Positions 1 through 9,706 of a stretch of 64,000 bases of DNA are shown in pieces (within the stretch, counting starts at the first letter, position 1; each line of letters opens with the position of its first letter). The DNA lies in the IMG/VR virus record IMGVR_UViG_3300009506_000002, positions 78,378 to 142,377 of that record, one strand, 5' to 3'. Origin of the DNA: a virus. The notes below the pieces were generated by a model. That model worked only from the letters and a program-made list of their open reading frames with translations. It had not been told where the DNA came from and made no database searches. Position numbers and translations under genes: made by a program.

Positions 1-2
1 AG

Positions 3-500
3 CCGGGTGGTAAAGCCACACAGATGTCTAAGACTGGCTCTGTGGTGAAGAAGGGTGCTGGCAAAGCGCTCTCAATTGCAGGTCGAGGTGCAGCGCTACT
101 AGGTCCTGCTGCTGCCGTTGCTGGCGCTGGCTATGCTGGTTGGGAAATCGGATCTTGGCTGAATGATGAACTCAATAGCCTTGTGAAGAACGCAACTGGC
201 GGCAAGTCACAGTCGCTCGGTGAGTGGATTTACGATAAGACTCATGATGACAAGACACAGAATTTGGTCGCGGCCACTTCTGAAAATGTCAAGGCAGTGA
301 ACGGTGCCAAGTCTGGTGCTCTGGTTCAATCACAGCGCGAACTTGAAGCAATGAGACATCCTACTGCAGAAGGCGCAGGTGGCTCAAGCTCTACTGTGGT
401 TCAAACATCTCAGACAACGAATCAGGTCATTGCACCACGCATCGATCCTTCGAACCACGACCCATCATTCCTCAAGGCCTCACTCGCAGGCGCAACATAA
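3..500 (+). CDS. C-terminal part of a Gly/Ala-rich virion protein (tape-measure/baseplate-hub-like), 5' truncated by window edge
   Basis: Frame open from position 3; GAAL...AGAGYAGWEIG Gly/Ala-rich segment; converges on gp32. Confidence 0.4.
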   Translation, partial: PGGKATQMSKTGSVVKKGAGKALSIAGRGAALLGPAAAVAGAGYAGWEIGSWLNDELNSLVKNATGGKSQSLGEWIYDKTHDDKTQNLVAATSENVKAVNGAKSGALVQSQRELEAMRHPTAEGAGGSSSTVVQTSQTTNQVIAPRIDPSNHDPSFLKASLAGAT

Positions 501-504
501 CGCA

Positions 505-532
505 AAATGGGGAGCCCGAAGGCTCCCTATTT
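505..532. terminator. Bidirectional intrinsic terminator
   Basis: aaatggggagcc-cgaa-ggctccctattt hairpin between convergent genes. Confidence 0.8.
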
Positions 533-552
533 CGTTTGGCGGAGATGAAGAC

Positions 553-1467
553 TTAGTCTTCTGCTGCCAGCTTACGGAAGTAATCCAGCGCTTCGTCCTC
601 TTCACCAGGTTCAGCGCCAACCACTGGCTCCTCTTTCGGAGTTGCGGTCTTGCTGCCTGCTGAAATACCAGCACCGTGAGGCAGATCATCTTCCTCTTCA
701 GAAAGGTCTGCTGCGGAGCGGGTTGTTGCAGCGCTACCCAGTACGCGGTCAAGACGTGCTGAAAGATCGTCCCATGACTTGAAGCGTTCTGGTGATACGA
801 ACTCCTTCAGCGGGTGAAGCTGCTCGTAGATATCGGTGATGGTCTTGTCGTCATCAGCGATTGGTGATACTTCCTCGAACTTGGACTTGTCGTAGTTGAC
901 GTTGCCCTCGTACTTACGGATTCGCAGCATGAAGTTCGCGCCTTCAGTGAAGTCAAACGGGTTGATAGCCGGACCGTCTTCCTCAAACTCAGGGAACATG
1001 GCGTCCTTGATCTTGTCGAAGATCTTGGCGCCGAACTTGAACAAGAAGACCTTGCCTTCGTTCTCGGGGTTCTTCGGATCCTGAATGACCAGGATGTTTG
1101 CGATGTACTGCGTACGACGCTTGCGCTTACGCGCAATTTCCTTGTCGGATTCGATTCCTGAGTTCCACAGGCGACCGTTGTCCTTACATGCAGGACAGTC
1201 ATTGCCGATGGTAGTTGGGCACTCTTCGATGTACCAGCCACCGGTCTCCTTGAAGCCATGAGAGTAGACTTTCACCCAAGGTGCGTCTTCGCCCTCAGCA
1301 GGCGGCAGGAAGCGGATGACTGCAGAGCCATTCTTGTTTTCGTCGAGTTGTGGGTAGTAGAAGCGGTCGTCAGAATTGCCCGACCTTTTTGATTCGTTCT
1401 CGATTCGCTTGGCGAGATCGCCGAAAGACATGCGAGACTTTTTCCATGCTGGTTGTTTTGCTGCCAT
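553..1467 (-). CDS. 32: Single-stranded DNA-binding protein gp32
   Basis: DDRFYYP, AVIRFLP, HGFK..GGWYIEECPTTIG..CPAC zinc site, YDKSKF, acidic C-terminal tail. Confidence 0.97.
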   Translation of the reverse strand: MAAKQPAWKKSRMSFGDLAKRIENESKRSGNSDDRFYYPQLDENKNGSAVIRFLPPAEGEDAPWVKVYSHGFKETGGWYIEECPTTIGNDCPACKDNGRLWNSGIESDKEIARKRKRRTQYIANILVIQDPKNPENEGKVFLFKFGAKIFDKIKDAMFPEFEEDGPAINPFDFTEGANFMLRIRKYEGNVNYDKSKFEEVSPIADDDKTITDIYEQLHPLKEFVSPERFKSWDDLSARLDRVLGSAATTRSAADLSEEEDDLPHGAGISAGSKTATPKEEPVVGAEPGEEDEALDYFRKLAAED

Positions 1468-1548
1468 TGATTTCTCCTGTTCTGTACAGCGCGGATTAAC
1501 CGCTAGACATTGATATTATTGATTTTTGTGGTTGTTGAGACCACTTAC

Positions 1549-1556
1549 TATTTATG
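1549..1556 (-). promoter_or_regulatory. T4-like late promoter (CATAAATA)
   Basis: xxTAAATA box upstream of gp32. Confidence 0.55.
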
Positions 1557-1563
1557 CGATCTG

Positions 1564-2175
1564 TCAGGATTTCAGGAAAATTTCTTTAACTTCATCATGG
1601 CATTTCGCTTTGTCAAGATTGAGGAATGGTGCATACTTTTTGATTTTCAGCGACCATTGCTCATAGATGTAATCGTTCTTCAACATGCGGTCAAAGCGTG
1701 CTGAAAAGCCGAGTACGGTATCCATGATGATATAGGTTTCAAGGGTGATGTAGCGTTGAACCAACAACCTAAAGATGATTGGCTGTGATCCTTCCTTGAC
1801 AACGAAGAGATCATTAAAGGTCAGGCTACGGTTTGCAAGAAAGTCCCGGATGTTTTCCATGTCCGATCTTGCAGTTGTGAATAGGCGGGACATACGTTTG
1901 CGCCATGCAAAGTAGATCTCTTCTGACTCTTGGTTGAGGGTCAGATCGCCCACCCACAAATTCTCATTTTCGACAAAATTGGCAACAAGGTACGGTATGA
2001 TGTAGTCCATGTTGCGGTTTGCCAAGCGCTCGAAAAATGCCTTATCGTTGCGCTTTTCATAGGAACTGCGCTTGACCGTGGTCTTTGCGCGGTACTTGAT
2101 ATAGTCGTAGGATGGTGTGTTGAAGTGGCTCTTCAGCGCGACATAATGCTGAAAAACCTCAAATCCTGAAAGCAA
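1564..2175 (-). CDS. 59: Helicase loader gp59
   Basis: YVALKSHF..SYDYIKY, KRNDKAFFERLA, ITLETYII; adjacent to gp32. Confidence 0.92.
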   Translation of the reverse strand: MLSGFEVFQHYVALKSHFNTPSYDYIKYRAKTTVKRSSYEKRNDKAFFERLANRNMDYIIPYLVANFVENENLWVGDLTLNQESEEIYFAWRKRMSRLFTTARSDMENIRDFLANRSLTFNDLFVVKEGSQPIIFRLLVQRYITLETYIIMDTVLGFSARFDRMLKNDYIYEQWSLKIKKYAPFLNLDKAKCHDEVKEIFLKS

Positions 2176-2178
2176 CTT

Positions 2179-2619
2179 CTACCCCAATAAGATTATCGGT
2201 GTGCGTGTAAATATACCACATTCGAGTACTCTTGTCAAGTCTTCATTTGAGACCATCGACACGGTATCGATTATGGCAACGTGGAATGTTGCCAAGGCTG
2301 GCATGTAGAGACGTGGCAAGCGTGAACGGAATGATCTGACATTGAACACACGTTCTTGAGAAATGCCGTACTCACGAATGTACTCGCATCTCCGGCGCTC
2401 ATCGAATGCAAACAGAGCCGCATTGTACTTTTGAGCCAGTGCCACGGCTGCGGTGGTGTGACCAGTACGACGAGACATCTGCAATCGCATGACACGGAAG
2501 TCTGTCTCGAATGCTGGCAGTGTTCTGAGGAATTCTTCAGGCAGAGAGTAGTAGCTGTCGATATGCGCTTCTGCAAGAGCAAGCATCTGATCAGTCAGCG
2601 TTGGGATTGAGAGGTTCAT
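2179..2619 (-). CDS. Hypothetical protein with degenerate P-loop-like motif
   Basis: SRRTGHTT and AIIDT motifs; stop/start overlap with gp33. Confidence 0.55.
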   Translation of the reverse strand: MNLSIPTLTDQMLALAEAHIDSYYSLPEEFLRTLPAFETDFRVMRLQMSRRTGHTTAAVALAQKYNAALFAFDERRRCEYIREYGISQERVFNVRSFRSRLPRLYMPALATFHVAIIDTVSMVSNEDLTRVLECGIFTRTPIILLG

Positions 2620-2852
2620 ATCGGCAGCTCCGCAGTTGTATCTTCGTTGTGTTCTTTCCTGATTAGTTTCAGGCGTCTGGCTTCAATCGTCACTTTCTCG
2701 AGCAACGTGCCAGAGATATATGCCTTTGATGCCTCGACGTCAATGTCGTTTTGCTCACAGACAGCTTGAATGGCGTCCAGATAGGTTGTGCCACGAGCAG
2801 CCAGTTTTTCGACCTGTTCTGCGAAGTGCTGCTTTGAGAACTTAATTGGCAT
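2616..2852 (-). CDS. 33: Late transcription coactivator gp33
   Basis: F...VEKL....YLDAI..CE.NDID....IS..L.EKV..EA...LPI; synteny 33-59-32. Confidence 0.88.
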   Translation of the reverse strand: MPIKFSKQHFAEQVEKLAARGTTYLDAIQAVCEQNDIDVEASKAYISGTLLEKVTIEARRLKLIRKEHNEDTTAELPI

Positions 2853-3079
2853 CAGGACTCTTTCTCTTCGAAATACTTACCGTCCAGGCCGCAGATTGAT
2901 CTGCGTGCTTCGTCACAGGTCATGAAGAGACCTTTACCAGTGACAAGGAACTGGATGTGTGCGTCACTGTACGCATCCTTGTGGATGACTTTTGGTGCAA
3001 CGCACACATCCAGCCTCTTGAGGCCGTTCGCCTCTTCTTTATGATGGGTACATTTTCTACAGATTTTTGGTTCACTCAT
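2852..3079 (-). CDS. Hypothetical Cys-rich protein
   Basis: CRKC...C...C..C; coupled start/stop. Confidence 0.6.
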   Translation of the reverse strand: MSEPKICRKCTHHKEEANGLKRLDVCVAPKVIHKDAYSDAHIQFLVTGKGLFMTCDEARRSICGLDGKYFEEKES

Positions 3080-3405
3080 CGTAGTGGTTCTCCGAAATAG
3101 CGCGTTGCGCATTTGATAGTATGATCGACGTTGAAGCCTTCGTCGCGCAGCCCCAGGACAATGGCATAGCGAGCAGCCCGGGCCAGCTCTTCATCATGTG
3201 AGTCGAGGTCACCGAGCCACTTCTCTTCGAAGCGATCTGCCCCAATACTTCCACCATAACCGATCGCCTCACGTGCCTTTTTACCAATGTAGAACCAAGC
3301 TGCAAAGAGCTCTCCCCGAGTGTAGTCACGATAGTTGCGCGGCTCGAAAGCTGTTCCTTCTTTGATGCGTTTGCGCTGGCGCGATGTCATCTTACTGAAA
3401 TCCAT
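3076..3405 (-). CDS. Hypothetical protein
   Basis: ORF with AGGGAG RBS. Confidence 0.7.
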   Translation of the reverse strand: MDFSKMTSRQRKRIKEGTAFEPRNYRDYTRGELFAAWFYIGKKAREAIGYGGSIGADRFEEKWLGDLDSHDEELARAARYAIVLGLRDEGFNVDHTIKCATRYFGEPLR

Positions 3406-3423
3406 AATATACTCCCTTGAGGT

Positions 3424-3963
3424 TTATTCTGCGCCACCCATGAATCGCTGCATGTGCTTAGCCTGTGAGATCGCGTCATCAAGAGCGTTATGGTAGGTAC
3501 CGATGCGCTCGAATACAATATCTTCAGGTGCAAGTGCCTTCAGTGTACGGTAGCAGCGGTCGTTCCAGAACTTCCATGGCTGCTCGAGGCCTACTGCGCG
3601 GTACGCATGAGACATGATTGCGTTGTCGAACGCAGCTCCATTGCCCCACAGATAAACAGCCTTGCGGCGGTTGAACCACTCGGTAAATTGCTGCATGCCT
3701 GATTTCAGGGAGACATTTGAGTTCTTGGCTTCAACCAGTACCTTGCGGGCTTCTGGTGCCTGACCCATCCACCACTCGACAGTCTTCGGGTTGATGCTCA
3801 GGCCAGCTTCAACGCAGGATTCGGTGTTGATGGTAATGTAAAAGGTTTCTCCGATCTTGTCGGAAGTCGGGTCGAACTCGACTGCACCAATTGACAGGAT
3901 CGCCGCAGTGGCAACGGTGTCAAGGGTTTCCAAGTCGACCATGATATGTTTCAATGGTGGCAT
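3424..3963 (-). CDS. DEDDh 3'-5' exonuclease (DexA/ExoVIII-like)
   Basis: MVDLETL, WGNGAAFD, HNALDDAISQA. Confidence 0.9.
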   Translation of the reverse strand: MPPLKHIMVDLETLDTVATAAILSIGAVEFDPTSDKIGETFYITINTESCVEAGLSINPKTVEWWMGQAPEARKVLVEAKNSNVSLKSGMQQFTEWFNRRKAVYLWGNGAAFDNAIMSHAYRAVGLEQPWKFWNDRCYRTLKALAPEDIVFERIGTYHNALDDAISQAKHMQRFMGGAE

Positions 3964-3986
3964 TGATACTCCTTATTCGTTATGAC

Positions 3987-4015
3987 AGTCTACACGAAAG
4001 AGGTATAACTGTCAA
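3987..4015 (-). promoter_or_regulatory. sigma70-type early promoter
   Basis: TTGACA-N17-TAGACT. Confidence 0.8.
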
Positions 4016-4239
4016 GTATTTTCTGATACCCACCCGATGGTAGTCCATTGGTGAACTGCGGACAAGAACTCGTTGAACTCAATGCTCCACTTTTGTGGTA
4101 GGAATTTCAACGGGTAGGCTTCATCGTCCACCCTAACGCCATGCTCAACCAAGAAGTCGATTAACTCCTTTTCAGAGTTGAAAATGGCAAACGGCCTGCC
4201 CAAGGTTCTGTGCGGGTAAACGAAAACGTCTTTCGCCAC
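4012..4239 (-). CDS. Hypothetical protein
   Basis: ORF whose stop lies in the -35 box of the downstream promoter. Confidence 0.55.
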   Translation of the reverse strand: MAKDVFVYPHRTLGRPFAIFNSEKELIDFLVEHGVRVDDEAYPLKFLPQKWSIEFNEFLSAVHQWTTIGWVSENT

Positions 4240-4263
4240 AGGCCGATGTCGCGGGGATAAAAC

Positions 4264-4521
4264 TTAATCCTGCGCGGTCGGGAAGATTGCATCGTAGTCG
4301 TCGAGCAGGTCGTTGATTTCAGCTTCGACCTCTTCCTTGTTCTGCTCGAAGTAGATCTTCGCCAGTTTGCGCAGACGTGCTGGCTTCATACCAGTTGCAT
4401 CCTTCACGCGGTCGCAGATGCCCTTCTGCAGGTCCTTCTCTGCTGCAACACGAGTCAAGCTCGCATTGAACTCCTGCAGCGCGCGGCCGATGATATCCTT
4501 GTCAGCATTACATAGTGCCAT
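4264..4521 (-). CDS. dsbA: dsDNA-binding protein (T4 DsbA/GapR-like)
   Basis: SLTRVAAEKDLQK...RKLAKIYFEQN; near gp33 as in T4-like phages. Confidence 0.7.
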   Translation of the reverse strand: MALCNADKDIIGRALQEFNASLTRVAAEKDLQKGICDRVKDATGMKPARLRKLAKIYFEQNKEEVEAEINDLLDDYDAIFPTAQD

Positions 4522-5001
4522 TTAACACTCCTTTTCTTTGATGAGTTTGTATTCGTATTTGTCAAGCTGTCCTCCCCATCCAGAGAAGCAGGTCAACACC
4601 GGTATGCCGTATGACTCGACAGCTTCAATTGCAGCCCTACGCGGAGGGAGGTCGAAGCCATTTGGTAGTTTTGCAGAAGCCGGGACAACAATTTTGCAAT
4701 CCCATACTCGGAACTCGCTATGATCTATTGGCTCCTCTCCCTCTCGGAGATGTGATGCCAGATAATTGAGGATGCGAGAAGCGGGTTTCAGCCATCGGTC
4801 GAAGTTACGGTCAACAGCATTTTCGAGCCATTCACCATTTGCTCCGGTAGCTTTGTAGTGCTCGTAGGCTAGTTCACGAGCGAGACATTCTTCTTGAGTG
4901 CGATCACACATATCTAAACTCCAGACCTGGTACCCAGGTTTTCTTGAACGCAAGGCAGCGCTCTTCGTATGGCACAAGTCCTTCTTTGCGAATTCGGACA
5001 A
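4522..5001 (-). CDS. Hypothetical protein
   Basis: ORF in early-gene run; start uncertain. Confidence 0.55.
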   Translation of the reverse strand: MSEFAKKDLCHTKSAALRSRKPGYQVWSLDMCDRTQEECLARELAYEHYKATGANGEWLENAVDRNFDRWLKPASRILNYLASHLREGEEPIDHSEFRVWDCKIVVPASAKLPNGFDLPPRRAAIEAVESYGIPVLTCFSGWGGQLDKYEYKLIKEKEC

Positions 5002-5329
5002 TCACGTCCTTCTCGCCTTCAAAGTTTTCCAGCCAGTCCCAGAAGTCGCTGACTTTGCCATGATACATTGGGAGCAGGTCAACAAACGAACCGGCCTCGC
5101 GCTTGCCAGCATGGAACTCTTCCCAATATTGATCAGTCAGCTCCCAGGCTGTGATTGATGCGCTATTGAGGAACTCGTGATCCTTGTTGTTTTCAGGGTC
5201 GAGGATTTTTGATTCGATCTCGCGCTCGTCATCATTTGAGAACACTGATTTGGTGACAGTGTATCCGTACCAGATCAGGAATGTGAGTAGCGCAAGCGCG
5301 TAGATGTCATAAGGATTAGGTGCGTTCAT
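4904..5329 (-). CDS. Hypothetical protein with N-terminal TM helix
   Basis: YALALLTFLIWYGY hydrophobic stretch. Confidence 0.6.
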   Translation of the reverse strand: MNAPNPYDIYALALLTFLIWYGYTVTKSVFSNDDEREIESKILDPENNKDHEFLNSASITAWELTDQYWEEFHAGKREAGSFVDLLPMYHGKVSDFWDWLENFEGEKDVIVRIRKEGLVPYEERCLAFKKTWVPGLEFRYV

Positions 5330-5711
5330 CTTTAACTTGCTCCAAAGGGTAGTACACGCCAGAAGGTCCGGTCATGTAAAAGTCTTTCCGCTGTATGCGT
5401 AAACGAAACGTATTATACAGCATTTCTTCGGCTTTGTCAATAGCCGCCATGTGGTGATCACCTGTCTGACAATGCAGGTCATGGGTTTCATCATCCCACT
5501 CGATCAGGGTCACTGGCATGTTGCACTGCCAGTCCTCACTCCACACCTGGAAGAGTTCTATTTCTGTCCTATTCTGCGCTGTCATTCTGTCCACAGATGC
5601 ATTGTGAGGGAAGGCGCCCACAGTCCCTACAGAAACCAGTAGGAGTTTCTTCGCGTTGTCTATAACCGTATGGCTCTGCACCTCGTGCAATGCGCATCTG
5701 GTTGATTGCAT
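5316..5711 (-). CDS. Hypothetical protein
   Basis: ORF in tightly packed run. Confidence 0.55.
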   Translation of the reverse strand: MQSTRCALHEVQSHTVIDNAKKLLLVSVGTVGAFPHNASVDRMTAQNRTEIELFQVWSEDWQCNMPVTLIEWDDETHDLHCQTGDHHMAAIDKAEEMLYNTFRLRIQRKDFYMTGPSGVYYPLEQVKDERT

Positions 5712-5712
5712 C

Positions 5713-5892
5713 CTAGGTTGCTTCCAGCGCTTCTGGAGGAACGTCGGTCATTGGTTGAACACTTACCAACTCATCTGCTATCATCTGTGGGATAGCTTTT
5801 CGTAGACGTGCGATCTCCTCAGGATCGATTTTGCCGTGAGGATCGAAATGGCTATATCCGCCATTGATACGATCTTCGTGGTTGTCAGCCAT
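5713..5892 (-). CDS. 59-aa protein containing a gp23 Gol-peptide-like segment
   Basis: RLRKAIPQMIADELVSVQPM resembles T4 gp23 VRRAIPNLIAFDICGVQPM; ATG lies within the last codons of the upstream ORF. Confidence 0.6.
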   Translation of the reverse strand: MADNHEDRINGGYSHFDPHGKIDPEEIARLRKAIPQMIADELVSVQPMTDVPPEALEAT

Positions 5893-6229
5893 TGAGGATC
5901 TGCACTTCGCCTTCGCGAACGTCTTCTTGATCAGTGACAACTTTCTTGCCATCAGACTCGCCGACAACTTCACGCTCGACCACCGACTTCGGACCCTTGT
6001 AGTCCTTCAGGTCTTTTGTGGTGATGATGCCTGAACCGTGTACCATTGCGTCATCCATGTCTTTCTCCTTTTCCGTAACTTCAATCCTGAATGTTGCTCC
6101 AGGGTGAGGGTGTGGCATTGGCTCAACTCCCTCAATAATCTCCGCAAAGCTGAAAGGTTGCAGAGGAGGCATGACCCATAAATTGACAGGAGGGAAGCGT
6201 AGGTCAGGCCAGTTGATCCTTAATCCCAC
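5885..6229 (-). CDS. Hypothetical protein
   Basis: ORF with coupled neighbours. Confidence 0.6.
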   Translation of the reverse strand: MGLRINWPDLRFPPVNLWVMPPLQPFSFAEIIEGVEPMPHPHPGATFRIEVTEKEKDMDDAMVHGSGIITTKDLKDYKGPKSVVEREVVGESDGKKVVTDQEDVREGEVQILNG

Positions 6230-6489
6230 CCCTTCTCCTTTGCCAGTTTGTCAACCATATCCTGCAGGTTCTGAACCCACGAGCTTCTCATTGTGAGAAT
6301 CACACCTTGAGTGCAATCCTCGACAACTGGTTCCCATTCGAACTCCAGACCGTCTTGATCATAGCACTCTTTGAGGACTTTTGCAAGTTGTTTCTTGTCG
6401 CGTACTTTGAGCGACAGTTCCCATCTAACCGGGCTTTCAGTGACGGGTGTCATATCCGAACCTCTCCAGAACTGTACGCGCACGCGCAC
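6220..6489 (-). CDS. Hypothetical protein
   Basis: ORF in run. Confidence 0.5.
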   Translation of the reverse strand: MRVRVQFWRGSDMTPVTESPVRWELSLKVRDKKQLAKVLKECYDQDGLEFEWEPVVEDCTQGVILTMRSSWVQNLQDMVDKLAKEKGWD

Positions 6490-6850
6490 GAACGGAATCG
6501 TCAGCGCTCTTGAGATAATGCGTCCACCACATTTCGTTCTTCATGTACTGCTCGAACTCCTTGGAGTCAATTGGGAACATCATTTGGAGCTTGGTTGGTG
6601 TCAGGTCATGGAGAGTACCCTCACGCGCAATATCCCGAAGCATCTCGACCATTGCGTCATGCTCTTCCAGAATGTCAGAGACGATGCCGTCAAAGTCGTC
6701 TGCGTTTGCAGTCAAACGATCACGGAACTTCTGTGATGGCTTAGTCGTTTGCGATGACAAGTTGCACCCCTTCGATCTTTCTGTTCTCTTCGAGACGCCA
6801 AACAATAGCGGTTGAGATGTGGAACTCTTCGAGTAGCTGTATGTATTCAT
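6437..6850 (-). CDS. Hypothetical protein (start uncertain)
   Basis: Protein-like C-terminal two thirds. Confidence 0.45.
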   Translation of the reverse strand: MNTYSYSKSSTSQPLLFGVSKRTERSKGCNLSSQTTKPSQKFRDRLTANADDFDGIVSDILEEHDAMVEMLRDIAREGTLHDLTPTKLQMMFPIDSKEFEQYMKNEMWWTHYLKSADDSVRARARTVLERFGYDTRH

Positions 6851-6947
6851 CCTTGGTCAACTCGATGAACTCAAGGTTCTCTGCGCCGTGGCGCTGAATC
6901 AGCTCGATGACGCGATCATAGATGCTGTGCTTAAATCTAACTCTCAT
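6741..6947 (-). CDS. Hypothetical protein
   Basis: AGGAG RBS then MRVRFKH. Confidence 0.6.
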   Translation of the reverse strand: MRVRFKHSIYDRVIELIQRHGAENLEFIELTKDEYIQLLEEFHISTAIVWRLEENRKIEGVQLVIAND

Positions 6948-7263
6948 CTTGTTCTCCTGCTTTGGCTGGGATAGAAAAGTTGTCAGCATTACGGTACACG
7001 ATGACCTTGGTTATACGAATTTCCTTCTCGCGAGGTGTAAGGTTTATCTCCTCGAGTACGTAGCCATGAAAGGTTTCCATGTCCTCACATCTATGGGCTT
7101 GCGCTTCACAGCTAAAGTCCTTCTCCTGTGGATCGGTACCCAGCAAGTTGGTGACTGTCAGCGTGCCTGGGTTCCAATACTTGACATTGAAGTCGTGCGC
7201 AGTCCTACCGTTGCCATAGCGAATTGGCAACGACAGGAACTCAGAAATATGCAAGCATGGCAT
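6937..7263 (-). CDS. Hypothetical protein
   Basis: Start overlaps td stop. Confidence 0.6.
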   Translation of the reverse strand: MPCLHISEFLSLPIRYGNGRTAHDFNVKYWNPGTLTVTNLLGTDPQEKDFSCEAQAHRCEDMETFHGYVLEEINLTPREKEIRITKVIVYRNADNFSIPAKAGEQDES

Positions 7264-8108
7264 CAGACGGCCACCTTGCCTGTCAGCTTCGGATGCGAAT
7301 GGTAGTTGATCAGTTGGATGTCGTCGAACTTGAAGTCGTCGATCTCCTTGCAGTCCGGGTTGAGTGCAACCAGAGGGAAGTGGTGCGGCTTTCTGGTCAA
7401 CTGTTCATTGATCTGCTCAATGTGGTTCTCGTAGATGTGAGTATCGCCACCTGTCCAGATCAGCTCGTGTGCTTCCAGTCCTGTAACGTGAGCCACCATC
7501 TGCAGAAGCAGAGCGTAGCTGGCAATGTTGAACGGAAGCCCTAAGAAGCTGTCTACGCTTCGCTGGTACATTTGAAGTGAAAGTTTACCATTGATGTGGA
7601 AAAACTGGTAGAACGCATGACAGGGCGGCAGAGCACACTTTCCGTTGGCGACATTGACCGAGAAGGAATCTTCATCCACTGGCAACACTTTTGGATTCCA
7701 GGCCGAGCAGATCAAACGGCGGTCGTTCGGATTTGTGCGCAGCTTGTCAATGATGTTCTGTAGCTGGTCGATGCCAGAACCATCAAAGTTGCGCCATTGC
7801 GCGCCATACACAGGACCGAGGTCGCCGTTTTCATTGGCCCACTCATTCCAGATGCGGACGCCGTTGTCCTGCAGGTACTTGATGTTCGTATTGCCCGAAA
7901 TGAACCATAGCAGCTCGTGAGCAATCGACGGGAAGTGGGTGAACTTGGTTGTCAGCAGCGGGAATCCCTCTCTGAGGTTAAACCTCATCTGGGTTCCGAA
8001 AATTGCGTAGGTGCCAACGCCAGTGCGGTTGTCTTTGTATTCACCTTCATCAAGAATTCGTCTCACGAGATTGAGGTATTGGTACTCTGGGTGTTCCTTC
8101 TGATGCAT
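7263..8108 (-). CDS. td: Thymidylate synthase (ThyA family), uninterrupted
   Basis: [44 protein letters not shown]. Confidence 0.97.
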   Translation of the reverse strand: MHQKEHPEYQYLNLVRRILDEGEYKDNRTGVGTYAIFGTQMRFNLREGFPLLTTKFTHFPSIAHELLWFISGNTNIKYLQDNGVRIWNEWANENGDLGPVYGAQWRNFDGSGIDQLQNIIDKLRTNPNDRRLICSAWNPKVLPVDEDSFSVNVANGKCALPPCHAFYQFFHINGKLSLQMYQRSVDSFLGLPFNIASYALLLQMVAHVTGLEAHELIWTGGDTHIYENHIEQINEQLTRKPHHFPLVALNPDCKEIDDFKFDDIQLINYHSHPKLTGKVAV

Positions 8109-8119
8109 CTAGGCGCTCC

Positions 8120-8443
8120 TTACTTGCAGTCCATTTCGTCTTTGCTGGTTGGCACGAAGCCGATCTTGTCGTATGACGCAATTCGACCCATGCCAAAGAA
8201 GCCCGACACGGAGCCTACTGCATCAGAGTAGACCACATAGCCACCGTCTGCGGTGCGGCAACCAATTTCAACCATCTGGAAGGTCTTGTCGCCGCCGCCG
8301 GTTGAGTATTCACTCGAGACGATCTGCTTGCAGGTTGGTGGCTGGGTGCAGGTCAGTGTGCTGGCGTGGGCCTGTGGTGCAACTGCAACCGCCATGATTG
8401 CAACGATGGAGAATGCGGCTGCTGATATGATCATTTTCTTCAT
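8120..8443 (-). CDS. Exported protein with signal peptide
   Basis: MKKMII...PQAHA signal and four Cys; AGGAG RBS. Confidence 0.65.
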   Translation of the reverse strand: MKKMIISAAAFSIVAIMAVAVAPQAHASTLTCTQPPTCKQIVSSEYSTGGGDKTFQMVEIGCRTADGGYVVYSDAVGSVSGFFGMGRIASYDKIGFVPTSKDEMDCK

Positions 8444-8477
8444 CTTTTCTCTCCTTAGAGTGTGGTTTCGATGGCCT

Positions 8478-8684
8478 TCATGAAAATGTATAAAAGCAAT
8501 CGAGATCTTCATCAACGTAGAACCCTAAGCTGTCAAGCAGGGCAATCTCCTCAGATGAATATTGGTTCGGGTTACCGACGTACATGACATCGTGCTCGAA
8601 GCTGTAATCACACTTGCCTTCTTTCTCGGCGATGATTGCCAGCGCGGCGACAAGTCTTTGAATGAGTGAAAGTTCTGCACTCAT
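8478..8684 (-). CDS. Hypothetical protein
   Basis: Start overlaps ligase stop. Confidence 0.6.
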   Translation of the reverse strand: MSAELSLIQRLVAALAIIAEKEGKCDYSFEHDVMYVGNPNQYSSEEIALLDSLGFYVDEDLDCFYTFS

Positions 8685-9706
8685 AGCTTGTCGGTCTCCG
8701 CGAACCAAAATACACGCGCAGAGTTGGAGATGTGCTTGCCGACATCAGCCGCTGTAAAGCCATTCTCCTCCATCAGGGCCTGCTCTTCGTCAAGGATGTC
8801 GTTGACAACCCAACGCAGGAAATCACCTGTGTTCTTACGCTCGATCTCGATACCATGCTGGCGCATGACATCAAGACCCTGATTCAGACGATTCTTGGTG
8901 ACAGTAGCAGCCACAAACTCATGGATAGAGTTCATCTTCTCTACGTCAACCGCAGCAAGCGTCTTGACCTTTGAGGAAGAGTGGCGCTCGTCCTTGACCT
9001 TGAACCAGAACTGTGGGTCACGGTAGCCGTAGGACTCACACTTCCAGACGATGCCTTCGCCGGCGCCTTCCTTGTTGAAGTGCGCGCCGACAGGGCACTG
9101 GTCACCGACCTTTTGAGTCAACTCTGCAAGCTGGGCAGTAGCCAGCTCTGGACGATTGAAGTCAATCTCAATCTTGAATGTAGGGAACTGGCGGATGTGG
9201 TAGATGCCCATATCGTTGATCTTCTGAGTCCACTCAGGATCAGAAGTGACATCCTCAATTGAAGGGTTGCTCCAAGTGTCATCATCCAGGTCGCGGTAGG
9301 CGAAGATGACGAACATCTTGTCGAGGCCTGTGATTGCCACACCCTTCTGAATGTTGCCACCGCACCACTCACCGTAGACTGCCGTGCTGTATGATGCGCC
9401 ATCCTTCAGCTCTGCAGGGAGAGCATCAATGAAAGCAGCAAAGCCAGCATTGTCGTCCTCTGGAGTGATGACACGCTCACGCGACTGTGCGTGAAGGTGG
9501 CCGCCAGCATCGAAGACTACCGCAGCGTTCGTGCCGTGCAGCTTGACGCTACCCTCAAAGACGAGAGTAGGATAGTCAGATGTATGTTCGTAGATTGGAT
9601 TACCTGCGGCGTCTTTGCCTTTGAAGTCATGATGGAGCTGAACAGATCTTACAACGTCACGGAACTGACGGATTTTGGGGAATTTAATCATTTGGGTCAT
9701 AATCAC
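8681..9706 (-). CDS. RNA ligase, Rnl2-like family
   Basis: VKLHGTN (motif I), QSRER, YGEWCG, GEGIVW, FKVK. Confidence 0.85.
   Translation of the reverse strand: MIMTQMIKFPKIRQFRDVVRSVQLHHDFKGKDAAGNPIYEHTSDYPTLVFEGSVKLHGTNAAVVFDAGGHLHAQSRERVITPEDDNAGFAAFIDALPAELKDGASYSTAVYGEWCGGNIQKGVAITGLDKMFVIFAYRDLDDDTWSNPSIEDVTSDPEWTQKINDMGIYHIRQFPTFKIEIDFNRPELATAQLAELTQKVGDQCPVGAHFNKEGAGEGIVWKCESYGYRDPQFWFKVKDERHSSSKVKTLAAVDVEKMNSIHEFVAATVTKNRLNQGLDVMRQHGIEIERKNTGDFLRWVVNDILDEEQALMEENGFTAADVGKHISNSARVFWFAETDKL

Noticed and set aside
7263-8108. Group I intron in td, or a base-modifying dCMP hydroxymethylase
   Set aside because: The ORF is continuous and keeps the dUMP-specific Asn in PFNIASY.
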